Positions 24,443 to 38,590 of a stretch of DNA of 64,000 bases are shown here, piece by piece. A program made the translations under genes and the position numbers. How positions within the stretch are numbered: the first letter of the stretch is position 1; each line of letters begins with the position of its first letter. This DNA is from Ramazzottius varieornatus (taxonomy: Eukaryota; Animalia; Tardigrada), in contig BDGG01000002.1 of the NCBI GenBank assembly GCA_001949185.1, forward strand, positions 310,001 through 374,000, given 5' to 3'. The notes below the pieces were generated by a model that had not been told where the DNA came from, ran no database searches, and saw only the letters and a list, made by a program, of their open reading frames with translations.

Positions 24443-27064
24443 GTGTCGAGAGTTCCCGCATTACCTGTTCCAGTCATTGATGAAAGGATACAATAAAGAC
24501 GAGTGGCCATCATATCAGGAAGGTAAAAGGCAATTAGTGGTACTTCACTGACAAGTTTATTGGTACTCCCTTGGATGATATTTCAGCTGACCGTTTCGTC
24601 GTTTGAATCGTTTACGACTAGAATAAAGGAAATGAGCAGCGCTCACTCGGTGCGCAACTAAGTTACGTTTCGTTTTGTTGGGGAAACAGGCATCGGAATA
24701 CCGACACGGGTGTACGTGGAAGTTTACATTGTCTCCATCAGTTCGGTGGATGCCGGCAGCATGGTAAGATTAGGTAAACAGTGAGCGTGATGATTATGCG
24801 AGGAAGACGATGGTTGGCACTGGCGTCATCAATTCCCTGGTGTCAGTGGCTTCGCTTACTTATGGCCTTCTTTCCTCGTTGGGGCGAGATAGGATTTTGT
24901 CGTCGATTTCTACTTGACACAACACTGGCGCGACCCTCGAATGCGCTTCTCGGAAAATATCTCCAAAATACTGGAGCTCCATCAGCTTCGGCAAATAAAG
25001 AAGCTGTGGCTACCCGACCCTTACATCATCAACTCCAAGTCAGGTATCGCCCCGCACTCCCCTCGGACAAGGCAGGCTGCCCACTTGACAGTTACTCTCA
25101 GCTTTCACTGACTTGACATTGGGCAAACATGCGCTGATTTCTCCTTTGTTTCCCTTTCCCCACAGCCTATTTCCATGAAGTGACCTTACCCAATCGCTTC
25201 GCCAGAATAACGCCGGAGGGCAACGTCACATACAACTCTCGGTAATGTGAAGCCATTTCACAACCTCAGACAAGTTCGTGATCTGAACCAGAACACGCAT
25301 GGAAAGTCTGAAAATTGTCCAATACAATTTTTGAAAATGTGGAATTTTTTGAATATAATATTTACTGGGTATAAAGTTGGTAAAATATACGTTGAAAGGT
25401 TTTGTGATCAGATGACACAACTAACGATTCTTTCTTCCTGTCTCTATTTATAGCCTCACAGCCAAATTGAGCTGCAATATGCAACTGCGGTTATACCCTA
25501 TGGACACACAAGAATGTGAAATTTACTTTGAGTCCTGTACGTGAGAAAGTCTTGCAGCCGGGCCGCTTGACGGCCTAAGCTGTCCAACATGCAAAGAAGC
25601 CCTTTCAGCCCGCTACAGCTCACCTCTGACCTTGCCGCTAATGGCTTCCTTTGTGTAGACGGATACTCGACGGAAATTTTGTACTTTCACTGGCACTGGG
25701 AAAGCGACAAGGCCTTCTCCATCACAGAAAACCTCGAGCTGCCGCAGTTCTTCATGTCGGCGCCAACGACCTTGGAATGTGTCGACAAATACTCGATGGG
25801 CAAGAAAGTCGCCCAAGATATCCTCGAAATACAGTAACATCATTATTTCCCTTTAGGTTTATTTTCCTGCCTCAAAGTTAAGCTAAAGTTCCAGCGCGAA
25901 CTGAGTTACCATCTGATCCAGACATATCTGCCGACCTTCCTCATCGTATCGATTTCATGGGTAAGCGTCTTTCTTTACTCTTGCCTAACGGCCAGCGTAA
26001 CACACACGCCTCCTGGCGTCACTTCCCTAATTAACAATCGACGCTAACGCAAACACTATAGTCCTTCCATCTCCAAACCATAATTCGCTCTTTTTTTCTC
26101 CTGCCTTGGCTCGTGAAGGTCAGCTTTTGGCTCAGTGTCGACGCCGTCCCTGCCAGGTAAGTTGGCCCATCAGCGTTAACTACGGTTGACCTTTGGATGC
26201 GCCCATTCAGCTTAACGGAGTTACCTGACCTTGATTAGGGTTTCACTGGGCATCACCACCCTCCTAACAATGACCACTTTGATTAGCGGCGCCAAACAAG
26301 GACTTCCGGCTGTCTCCTATATCAAGGTAAATATAGCGCTCTAGTGTGCCAAAGCCCATCAAAGTATTCTCCGGAAGGTACAGTACAGTCTTCTGTGTGG
26401 CTGAACAGGCTCTGGATGTCTGGATGGGTACCTGCACCTTCTTCGTCTTCTCGACACTACTGGAGTACGTTGTGGTGTCCAAAGTATCACGGAGAAAGAT
26501 ACCGATGGTGGTGCAGGCGCACCGTAACGTCGCCAGCCATCTTGCTCGAAGCCATACCTCCATTTCCCCTGGCGCCACCTTGAAATACGACAATGGCTAT
26601 CTAGCCAATGGTCCCAGCTCGGGGGAAAGAAATCACTTGCGATCTCGCAGATTGGTAAGGAACGTCCTTCACTGTCCCGTAGCTGAGAGCAACGTTTAAC
26701 AATATCAAGAGTTTAATTAACCCTGTCATTTACTGTACACTGTAAGCACCTCAATATGTTAATATATATCTACCCCTTTGAGTTTCTAGAAAGTCGAAAA
26801 CCTGTGGTCCATCTAGGGTATGCAGTTGTTTTCCCTTGTCTTTTGCAGAGTGATGGTTACGAGTACGATTCGGAGACTCCGCCGGAAGCGGCATTCCTAG
26901 CCTTGCCGGGTTCGGCCCGACCGATCGCCTCGACGGCTGCTCAACAAGCTAAACGCATTGATGTGATAGCGCGAGTTCTCTTCCCTTCATTGTTTGGAGC
27001 CTTTAACTTTGTCTATTGGATATATTACTTACTACAATCTTGGGATCAAGCAGGCGGCGAGTAA
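24443..27064 (+). CDS. Anion-selective Cys-loop channel subunit, copy A (GlyR/HisCl/pHCl-like; 5' end unresolved)
   Basis: [106 protein letters not shown]; candidate signal exon near 23420-23520. Confidence 0.93.
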
Positions 27065-27347
27065 TGCACTGATGAATGTCGACAGACAAACACTTGACTA
27101 GTACTGACAGATAATGGTTTTTCCAAATCGGTTACGTCAGTCAGCGCGTTGGCAATCGCAAAAGATTCCCTGTCTTTGACCAAAGCCTAATGTACTATAT
27201 GGCATGTACAGTGCTCCAAAGCTCCAAGACGCTGGTATTTATGTATATAAACAGTAAAGCGCCTCTGACAGTCCAGCTTAACAAACCTAGAACCTTAAGC
27301 CCGTCGCAGTCAATCCCCGTTCGTGTCCACGCCCAAGCATGCTCCCC

Positions 27348-29146
27348 CTATGTCAGGAAGGAGTCCATATCTTCTGTTAGATACTCATGACCAGATTTAG
27401 ATGCTTCTTCAGCAGGAATCTCCTTGCTTGAAAAGCCAGGTCCGTCCTTGGCGCAGCTGAACTCGTACACAGCACTGAAAAAGGGCAAGATGGAGAAATG
27501 AGTTATCGGCAGTAGTGTGATCATATTGCGGAAACGATTGCCAGACCTGCTGTGATTCTTGACGACAGTAGCTTGGACATATTTCAGCAGCTGGTACAGG
27601 AAGCCCAAGCAGACGTTAGGTTCCCAGGGCATCATGCCTCCAGCCCGACATTTGTCCTGCTTGAGAATTTAGGCCAGTAAAGCCGTCGAAGCACTAGGTT
27701 TGCACATTTTTTGCTGACCTGGACAAGGCTCGGGATATTTGAGACTTGGTACGTGCGCACTTTGCTGACAAGGCCGCCACTGTGAAATCCCACTCGAAGT
27801 GTCCCCGTGTCTGCCAAGACGTTACTGACCCACCATCGAAACATTCGTTCTCTAAATAAGCAAAAAACAAGGTGGGGTGCTCTAGCGGCTCTTCGTGCAT
27901 ACTATATATCGCAAGCAAAGCTTACAGATAAAACTTATCCGGACGATGTAGAAACTCGTTAGGCACTATGGCCATGTCGACATATTTCTGGGGGAAAGCC
28001 TTCTGGCACAGCGGATCATAGCCATCCACACCAGCCTCCAACAGCAGACTCAAGTCGCGCAACTTGGTCAGGACAACACTTCGGTAACGTGAAGCTCCAA
28101 CTTCCTCTCCCTCCGCATCCACCTTGTTGCTGTCGTCACCACTCCCAACTTGTACAATCAAAACAGCATCGTTACGTTACGGAGAACGATGTTATTCCAG
28201 AAGCAAACCAAAGCGTAAGCAGCAGACTTCTTACCGTCCTGTTGTGTCATATAAACTTCAAAGCGACGACCCCTTCAGAATAAAGACAAACTCCGGTAAA
28301 TCGAGTGTCAGTCGGAGCAAAAGCCGAAAACTATTGGTCGGCAAAGGGAACCGTCCCTGCAGGTCTAGGTTTATGCGGATGCCATCGACGAGCTTTTGGG
28401 ATAGTACTTACCAGAAAGCACTGTGGTCGTTGGACTGCCCTCGCCATGCATGTGGAGGCGTTCTTTGGCATATTCCATCCAGGCCGGATCGAGTGATATG
28501 ACTGATGACAATTTTGTTGTTGGCCCTGGCCGCCGCAAACATCCACCCATTGTCTGAGCGAGAGTCGCGTTGATAAATAATTTTCATCAGATGTCCAATG
28601 GTCGAGTTCGTCGAAACAAAGTCCACTGGCCCACTGTAAAGATTATGTAAAGCTAGCCATTGTGACCTATGTGGCAATTAAAAGAGCGCACTTGGCTAGT
28701 TCTCGCACTCTCGGATCTTCGGCATTGTCTCTCGTCCATTTCAGCAGCGCGGCAACACCGCGAAGAAATTTGACGCGCTCCTTGGTTGTCTTGCGGCTGA
28801 AACCGTCGTCCAGGTCCCATGGACCATTAGGCACCGGCGTATCGCCATCGGCCGAGCATTTCATGGTCACTGCTCGCAGATAACTTCGGTCGTTGCGGAG
28901 GGTCAACAGCGATTCGTCGCTCATATCGCCGTGAAGAGAGTAGAAGCCTACTTCGCGAACCTTGAGGTCACCCCCAGCAATGTCAAAGACTCGGCCAAAC
29001 CTGGACGCTGGATGCAGGGCAAACTCGACGTCCTCTTGAGACGGATTCGCCTGCGGGTCATCGCGAGGTAAGCCTTCTCCAACTCTGCGGACTGCTGACC
29101 CGCGGGAACCGCTGGAATAGAATGACCGACTCCCATATCCGTCCAT
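27348..29146 (-). CDS. DXO/Dom3Z/Rai1-family protein, predicted catalytically impaired (6-7 exons; start may lie upstream, to 29539)
   Basis: EVGFYSL..RNDRSYLR..WDLDDG..LLKW; DFVS..GWMFAAAR; GRRFEVYM; YRSVVLTKL..LLLEAGVD; YVDMAI; FYLERMFRWWVSNVL..VGFH; WEPNVCLGFL: colinear with DXO motifs. Confidence 0.8.
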
Positions 29147-32100
29147 TGTTGTTGCAAGATGACGCAAACCTGATGGCCTACTGCAGCGTCCGCCACTCAG
29201 TAGAGTAGTACCGAATGTCTCCTTTCCTTGGATGGTAGACAAGAAGTCTTCCACTTTCACCTTTCGACTACTTGACAAGTCACCACTTGCACCTGACCGA
29301 AGTGACGGAGGTGCAGATTTTCCGCTGACGGTTAGGTCTCGAAGGTTACTTTCCGCTGACAACTCGGTAAGGGATAACCGGCAAGCCAAAGAAAACTGCA
29401 AAGGCTGGGAGGCTGGCCAACTCGTGATTACGTTCTTCTCATTGGCATACTTTTGGCGGTCCGAAGCAGGGGAATTATTACTGTCGAAGAAATGTCGGCA
29501 GTCAGTGACGAACATGTGAGCAACAGTTGTACTCTTCATTCGTCTTCAGCATCGAAGGGAACATTTCGTGACCTTCAACTGCTCAAAAAAGAAACCGCGC
29601 GTAAAAGGATACGTAGACGCAGCTAGCACCGGTAGACTGGCGCTCTCTGCATCTCTTAGTTTTCGCTACAAAGTGACCGTCCCAGTAACGAAGCGCCGCT
29701 GGAACAAGGACGATAGTACAGCAATCGTGGTAACGGTTAACAGGTCTGGAAGGCGATGACTGTGGATAGGAAAGAGCGATGTAACAGTCCCAGATTATAG
29801 CTGGAAACTATCATACGACCGTCGGTCTGTGAGCGGACCTGACCACAAGAGGGGAGACGACGACAACTGGAGGTATTCAGCAAAGGGGCACAGCATAATG
29901 ATACCTGCATGCAAACTTGCCTTCGAAGGTTCGAAGTAAACTCAAGGGCTCAGTACTTAGCCGGTGCCAGTTCGCACGGTTATGGTGGCAGCCAGTTAGC
30001 TCCGTACATGTTCGCCAACCTTACATCCGTACACTGGCAACTTCATGCTGCAACACACCGGCCAGCAAACTAACTGATAACCCTATGACCGTGACCCGAA
30101 ATCATTGACACTGCTCTCTACAATAGTGGTACTGGTGCTCTTCGCTTACATCGGCCATGTGGTAAATCAAGGCCCCTGGTCTGTGCAGACTCGCCATTCC
30201 GCGTACGAGAATGCGTTCAAAGTGTATCTGACCAAATTATTCAAGACAACCTTTTGAAGTTTTTGCACGTACCCTAAAGAAAAAACTTGAACTGGACATG
30301 TTGCCACATTAAACAGACGTTAGGGAACACGAAATTAAAGTCAGAATGGGATTTTGACTAGCCTTGGCGTGGATCAGAAGCTACGAAGAATTCCGACTAC
30401 TGGTCAGGTAGTCACAAGGTACAGGCTAAGAGTGTCGAAAATCTATGTGGTGCATAAATCGCCACGCGCAAGGGTCAAATACACCGCGCGCAGCTAAATT
30501 CATTCAAGCAATCAAACGGCAACAGTCTCCAGACAGCATGCGTCGAAAGGAGTCGCCGGTGCACGTGTCCAGCTAAGGCGCGTTGCTGACACTAAAACTT
30601 GGCCCTTGAGACCCCTGGGAAATTTGATTTATGATTTCAGATGTTTCAGCCAATCTCCCTGACTTCATTACCCCAGCAAAGTGCAGCAGAATAATCATGG
30701 TTTGAAGTTTGATCTTCTAGAAAACTTGGTGTTATAAAAGGCCGATCTCGAGCGAAAACACTTTGGACGCATTCTCGCATGCAGATACCCATGTGCTGCC
30801 CCATTTCCCTGACAGAATGGCTTTGTGTTATCGTACTCATCGTAGTAAGAGATCTTGCGCACCACCGGTAGACGTCGGCACTGTCTAGTTTTGTTTTATT
30901 CTGTATTTCGTGAATTTCCCTGACGGGTGCGCTTCTGTAAATTTGTCGCACTGCGTATTAAAGTGGTGCATTTTAGCTGTCTACAGACTTTAGAAAGATT
31001 TTCGCGCAGAGTAATTTTGTAACTTACGTACATACTACTCGGTGAATGATCAAGTGACAAAGTCAAGCGCGCAGGAAAGAAGGAGCTGCTGTTACAAAAG
31101 AGATGTCAAGCGAAACTGATAGCTTCCGCATTGAGTTCTTTCAAAGATATAACGATATATGTGTCTTCGTCGTCTTCCGGATTTCCATCAACGAAAGACC
31201 CCTTCTCCCATCGTTTGGCAATATGGAGGCACTTTCAATCAGCCGTCCCTCATTCACACAGCGCACCATTGGGCGGAAGTATGGTGATGCGATATGAGAT
31301 GGCAAGCTTTGATTACATTGGCCATTCTTTCTGTTTGCTGATTATTCCAAGTCTGGATATATTGGCTGGGCTGTAACTCAATGTCATTCAGTTTCAATGT
31401 CAGTCCACTTGAATGGAAATGGTTTATGGAAAAGGCCTCTTGGTTGCCATATGCCTTTTGCGTCAAGTCCCATTTAGCACAACATCGCCACGACGGGATA
31501 GTGGCAAAAGCAGCGCTAGCACACTATCCATGTTAATTAATGACTTCCAGGCCATTTGCGCGGGAAACTGTTGCGGAAGACGTTTACCAATGGAGAAAAA
31601 GGCAGAGTATTGGCTAGAAAGAGTAGTACTAGTTGTGATGTCACTGCTCTCTTCTCCGTGGCGCGTAGTATTGAACAGGAGGCAGAAGCCTCCAATGGAT
31701 TTTCCGCTCGTTGTAGGCGCACTAGGCATGGAGAGCGTGAAGCAAGGCCTCGCTGGCGTGCGGGAAGACGACGCCTAAGCTCCTCAAGTAATCAGAAAAG
31801 CGCAACTGTACATTTCTTGCAAATTGTGTCTATTGGTAATCGATGGGCGGAAGCCACACACTCCGTCATCACATCAGCATCAGCTTTGGTTCCTTGCCTA
31901 GCCCTGCTACAGACAAGCAATGTAACGGAAGGGGACTGTGGCTGTAAGAACATACATCAACATCGATTAATCGTTTCTTACCATCAGCAGCATGTAGTGC
32001 TGATCCTCTCCATGGCCAGGATGCCAACAAGTGTCATCAGGGCCATTAAGCCATTAGCAGTACAAGACAAACCATTTAACCAGCTCCTTAATTACCCCAA

Positions 32101-35100
32101 TAATATAACTCTTCAGCCCACATCTTCCTTGGATTCTCCGCTCCTGCTCCTGGTCAGCTCGTGTAAACCATGTCAAACCCCCGCTTTCGCTCTCCCTTTC
32201 AGGCTTCACTGCAAGCTTTCTGGCTTCGTTACAGTAAAGGTATATTTCAATGTCATCCTCCACGCCGTCTTTCTTCCGCAAAAAACTCTCCGGAAAACAT
32301 TTTATCCTCCAATATATCCACCCCGACTTTCATGAGTAATATTAATACATTCCCCACAATGCACAATTGCAAACTCTGTGCTTTGTTATTCTAAGTCACG
32401 AGGACCTTCAGAGGCTTTTTTTCATGCTTACGTTGGAGTTATAGTTCCACAAAGAACGAAGTCTGTGGGGGGAGTATTTCCACAAGGAGCCTTGGCCATT
32501 TTGCTTCAAGTTTCGGCAAAAGATCAACAATATGGCTGATGGATGAATGGCATTGAATAGTCATAGCTCATTTCCATATACAGTGAACAGGGCATGCAGC
32601 AAAGGGTTCTTTGGGATTGTCGATATCGCTGCGCAGGCCTGAGCTTGGCGTTGGGGGGATGACCCTATGGATTGGGCTGCAGACTTTGAAGCCGTTGCTA
32701 ACACATGACAACGCTGGGTCGAGCTCTCCTCTCCTTCCAGCTTGGAGAAAGTCAGCGACGTCCATGCATACAGTGCAGCTCCTTCCTGATCCACGGCTCG
32801 ATGACGTACACTTCCTTGCCAGGCAGTCTTCCTTTCCTCTTGCGGCACTACAGTCTTGCCCCATCAGTGTTGGCTTTTCCTTGTTAGTACGCCGCCCCTA
32901 AAGCGTATTACCCTGCTCGAACAAATGGATGAACCTAATCTTTCTCCTGGCCAGATTTCTGCCTTTGATCGTACATTGTTCCAGCACACTGCTCCTTCCC
33001 TTCCATATTTTCCACGCTGCATATTTTCTTCCCATCTATCCATCCATTCATCACGTCATAAACTGTGCTGAAATGATGTGTAAATCTTGGCTTTCTCCCA
33101 ATTTTATGCCTGTCCTTGTCTGAACTGTCACTCGCGCTTTGACGCCAGTTGTTCGCAGGGTCTTTTGATAAGGAACATAGTCCTTGCGTGACGGACGGAC
33201 GGACGAACCGAGAAGGACGTTTAACGGACCAGCAAAGCTCCTTCCATCTCAGTGCCGTTGGAGGGATAATAGGCTGTCTAATTCGCCAAAAATCAAAAGT
33301 GTGCGAGGAAGGCAGCTAGCCGGCTTCGCCTCAATGCACCAGCAGCGGCGCTCTATCTTATTGCTCCATTCCGCCTCCATTTCAGCCCGCGCCTTCTTCC
33401 TGTCCATCAATGCGCCACTACAGTGGGGATAGACTTTCAGCGACTTTAGCTTCAATATCGGCTATTATGCTTGGGCCTTCCTTTTTACCATTTTGTCCTC
33501 ACTGTGGATCTGTGGAGCCACACGCCATCAATAGCTCGTTAATCTTTGGCATGACAGAGGTCGTGTTGGCAGCTGTTGCAGCACTGACTAGAATTCCTTC
33601 TCCATCTTCGGACGTGATACCCACCGTCGCGATCAACCTTGTCAGCGGTGGCAATTAAAGCGCGGCTTACGACGCTGTTGCCGACCTTGTAAACTCAGCG
33701 CTTCCCTTTCTCCACTGTGATCTACTCGCTCAAGACCGCCTTCCCCTCTCCCCGCCATGCTCCTCAAGAATCTCAGTATCATGCCGGTCTTTGTCAAATT
33801 CTGGACCTGGCTCTTCACCCTACACATTCTTCTCTCTGTCGGCAGGTATGTTATTCGTTCATACAATAGGGATGAACTGTAGAAAACTGTTACTGAAGCT
33901 GTTTGACGACCGAGGTTCGATGAAGAATGCGGCTGGAAAGTCCAGCAGAAAGACACGTTAAAATTTTCTACGATTTTTCCAGAAATCTTGTTGTCACGTG
34001 CGACATTGGGCAGAGGTCATTGCATGTGTATAAACTCGAAAGTTGTGTAAATCTCAAAATGGGTCCTTGAGACGGAGAAAGTCCAACGTAGGGGTAGTAC
34101 GAGCAAGGCAAATCAGGGCGAGCAGAGGCAACTTCCGATCGGAAATGTCGCAAGTGGACTCCAGCGACGACGGCGGTTTGCTTCGTCGTTAGTATCCAAC
34201 CGAATAAATTATCCTGCGCCACATTTGGCAACATCCTGCCCCTACACTGCCATCAGTGTGCCTTTTTGCACATGCTAATTAAAATAATGGTGAGTCGCCC
34301 ACTCTCGCCATCTACCCCGGTTTCAAATAAGTCCAGAACCTAACCAATGTTTTGGCGGAAACGAAATTATTTCAGTCATGACGACCTAAATGGCTGACAA
34401 GAAAACGATCTTTGAGTAGCGCAATCGCATATAGAGAATTACAAATGTGGGACAGCCCGGATAGGAAATGGCAGTTGCAGTCTCGGGGGATACAGCTTCC
34501 CGCTCCGTTTTTAACGATCTGCCCAACTTCAACTTGGAGGTTTTGTTTGGCCTTATGGCCATTACTGTTTGTTGGTGGTATTACGACCATCGACCGCAAC
34601 ATTGAAATGAGCTCTTCGATTTTGTTCCGCATTAATCTGGACCTCTCACCCACTCGCTCCCGGGCCTTTTTCTCGAACATCGCACTGGAAGGAAGTCTTC
34701 TTTCAAACAATCCAAAGCACAGTACTGGCTGACAGGGCATTCGTGCAAGTGGTGGTCAAGTCTGAGTGGTTTGGAGTGATGGATCGCCGGCCGGGTTTCG
34801 CGTGGAAGAGCATCGTCTAGGTAAACAGGCGGAAGGATGAGTGATGAGGCACAAAAGGGAGCATCCTCGAGGCAAACAAGGACCGCCAGCCTCAAGAGCT
34901 TTGCACAGCTGATGACCCAACGCTCGTTCCTCAGGTCCGCTCGCCCAGAAACACACAGCAAACCAAGAGGCCATTTTTTACAAATAATTTCATTTATCAA
35001 AATAAATTCCGTGGTCTGATCTCTGTCAAGTTTTCAATTAGGGAAACCTCGAGCACTCGCCTGGAGCACAAGCGACTTCGTCTACGTGTAGAAAATGCCG

Positions 35101-35264
35101 TCAAAAAATAGCCGAAACTTAGAGATCGCATAATATTTTCTATTTAATTTGCTAAACTAGAGTACTGTACATATAGTAACAATAAGGTATTACTGGAGAT
35201 GTAAACTGATTCTTTTGGTGGTGATTCGTTGCGTAGTATAACCTTGCGCGTGTTGTGATTGCAG

Positions 35265-37939
35265 TTGTCGGGAGTTCCCGCATTATCTATTCCAATCGTT
35301 GATGAAAGGGTACAATAAGGAAGAGTGGCCTTCATATCAAGAAGGTACTTGGGCCTTCCACAGAGAATCAACCTCAGTCATCTATAATGCATTATTTCTT
35401 AATGGTCCGCGCTATTGATCTTAATCCATGTAGGCCCTGGAAAACCCACGCGCGTGTACATCGAGATATTCATCGTCTCCATCAGCTCAATCAACGCTGA
35501 AAGCATGGTAAGCCCCATCTGGAAATTTGCCCGGTGCCGCTAAAACAGGAAAAAAAATACAATGGAACCTTTTTTTGCTGTCAGGATTATGTTGTCGATT
35601 TCCTTCTGACTCAGGTGAGCACAGTTTACGATCGAAACTCTTCCTCGAAAAATGGGGTGGAAATATCTTGTTGATGGAATTTGCAGCATTGGCGGGATCC
35701 GAGGTTACAGTTTTCGGAGAACGTGTCGAAAGTCTTAGAACTGCATCAACTGCGGCAAATCAAAAAGTTGTGGCTGCCCGATCCATACATAATCAATGCC
35801 AAATCAGGTGAAACGTGTGTGCTACAGTACTCTGTGCATGGCCCAGGGCAACGTATGAACTGGGAACCTGCCGCTTGCCGCCCAATCGAAGATGTTGACT
35901 TTACCTCCTTTTTTCTTCCCTTATCCTTATTAGCTTACTTCCACGAAATTACTTTGCCCAACCGATTTGCTCGCGTAACCACCAACGGCAACGTCACGTA
36001 CAACGCACGGTAAGTAAGACAATCCATTCTGCATAAATGGGACGTCGGTAAGCGACTTGAATATGATCCTTTTCTCAAGTGGCGCTGGCTTCCGGCCACT
36101 ATCAGTGCAAGTCTGCGCCACGTGGCAAAAAAGCCCAACTCGACAAGATTGCTTTACCCAGGTGGCGCCCACTTTCAGCCAGAAACATTGTACATGTGCG
36201 CCACTTGGGACAGAACAATCCGGTTTCATTAATTTGTCGACGTCCAAAAAGCCGGATATGAGAGCGAGGTACAAGTCTCGTAGCACCAAACTGGCCATCT
36301 TTGCTGGTTTGTGCTTCGTATAAAATTCTAGGGGGACTTTTCCACTGGGGACGTTTTCAGGTTGACGGCGAAGCTGAGTTGTCAAATGCAGCTGCGGCTG
36401 TATCCGATGGACACCCAAGAGTGCGAAATCTATTTGGAGTCATGTGAGTACAATTAAGTCCTGCGATACGGTTACTGCCCGCCAAGAACCATCTCCCTCC
36501 TTGGCTACTGTCACTGACGTTGCCGCCCAATATTCCCTTACAAATTGCTTCTTTGTCCCTTGCCCCTTCATGCAGATGGATACTCGACCGAGATTCTGTA
36601 CTTCCACTGGCATTGGGACGATGCAACGGCCTTTGACTTGGCGGAAAACCTCGAGTTGCCCAATTTTCTCATTGCCAACCGTACCAAGCTGGAGTGCGTC
36701 GATACGTACTCGATGGGTTAGTCGCCATCCAGCTTCTCCCTCCCTCTCTCTCTTTCTCTCTCCCCTAATTTAATTGTCCCACTACGTCTTTATCTTTTTT
36801 GCCGCAATCGATATTTCGCAGTTGGGAATCTTGACCTTATCCGATTTGTTTTTCTGCCACAGGATTATTCTCTTGCCTGAAAGTCAAGCTAAAGCTGGGT
36901 CGTCGTGTCAGCTATCATCTTACCCAAACTTATCTTCCAACTTTCCTCATCGTTTCCATTTCCTGGGTAAACACAACAGTCCAAGGCATCATGTTTCCCT
37001 TCCCACAAGGAGCAATGCTGAGGTTTTGCCGTTTCAGGTGACATTTTGGCTAAGTGTGGAAGCCGTACCTGCTCGGTAAGTTCTGCTGGAAACCCGCAGC
37101 CACTCTGTCAGAATCCCATCGCATCACATTGTAAAGCAAGACTATTGTAACTTGGCATTAATGGCCTGTGGATGGGTTCCTGCAGAGTCTCCCTGGGAAT
37201 CACCACGCTGCTGACAATGACGACACTGATTAGTGGGGCCAAGCAGGGCCTTCCCGCCGTCTCCTACATCAAAGCTCTCGATGTCTGGATGGGTCAGTAT
37301 ATACTGATAGATAGGCATGACGCCCCAGCGGAAGTTCTTGGTCGAGGGGTGGGCTTTAGTCCTGAGACTGTGTTATGAGAGGCATGAATTTTGATGAATA
37401 TACAGGTACCTGTACCTTCTTTGTCTTCTCAACGCTGCTGGAATACGTCATTGTATCCAAAGTGTCGCGGAGGAAGATGCCGACCTTCGTGGCCTCGAAG
37501 AATGCCAGCGGTAATAATCACGTCCCCCGCAGTCGCACACTGAGCTCGGGGACGGGCAAGTATGATCACAGCCAGTATGTGGCCACACCTAATCATCGGC
37601 CTTTGACGGCGACGGGCAAGTCACCCAGCCAGAACCATTTCCGACCGCACAAATTGGTAATGCCTCACGCAATGGGGAACGGCCAAAGCCAAGGTCATCA
37701 GGTTATGTTGTTTTTAGGCCATACCGCCGCAGAACGGAAGCTTTGAATTCGATCTGGAGTCGCCCCATCAAGAGACGTACACACCGGGACCCAACCGGAC
37801 AATGCTAAGCGCTGCTCAACAAGCCAAGAGAATCGACGTCATTGCACGCGTACTATTCCCCTCACTTTTTGGAGCCTTTAATTTCGTCTATTGGACCTAT
37901 TACCTCCTGCAGTCATGGGATCAAGAAGTCCACACTTGA
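35265..37939 (+). CDS. Anion-selective Cys-loop channel subunit, copy B (paralog of copy A; 5' end unresolved)
   Basis: [77 protein letters not shown]; candidate signal exon near 31413-31532. Confidence 0.93.
36077..36206. repeat. Doublet of the palindromic element (period 83 bp)
   Basis: Arms start at 36077/36114 and 36160/36197; 27-bp spacers; inside a copy B intron. Confidence 0.85.
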
Positions 37940-38590
37940 CACCCTGTACATATTATACAGATAGACTACTCGCATGCGCAATACAATACTACGCCTTTGA
38001 CAAAAAGCTTCGCTGCACTGGACAGAAAAGCTTGTGACACTTTGTCAGACAGTTATTAGTTTTAAGTTGCGGTGAAAAAAAGTAGTAGTAGCAGTACTAA
38101 CCAAGTAAGTAGGTGCTGAGACCATGCGGAAATGATGAGAGGCGTATATGGTAGTAACTGATGTCAGTGCGCGGCTTAGCAGGTGACAGCACCCGTCTGC
38201 ATTCCCATCATGTTAGCCTCGGCAAATTCCGTGGCCTCTCGACTGCGGAAGCGCCGCTGCCAGCGAGGAGTACTAGCGGCTGATTGGTTGTAAGTTGGTC
38301 GAAATGACGACAGAATGCTTGGTTAATTGATCAGATTATGATGGAGGAAGAAGAAAAAGTGACACAGTGTACTCCATCGGACAAGGCTCAGAGGCATCTG
38401 TTTGGCGACCTGGCCAACTAACCGTGGTGAACAGGACGGTCATGGCTGCATGCATGGGCATAACTATATGCAGGAAGTTTGGATCGTAATACATCCTGTT
38501 TGAAGATTGAGCTGCCTTTTTCAGTCTAACAGTATAGTATTGTACGCCTACCGCTAGTCTTGCAGTCTGGCTTTTGCTTGCTTCCGATGA

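Noticed and set aside
28667-29539. 290-aa ORF as an endogenous viral gene
   Set aside because: It splices to downstream exons that together follow DXO/Rai1 motifs
31556-32335. 259-aa ORF
   Set aside because: Non-ATG start, no motif, and probably within the 5' intron region of copy B
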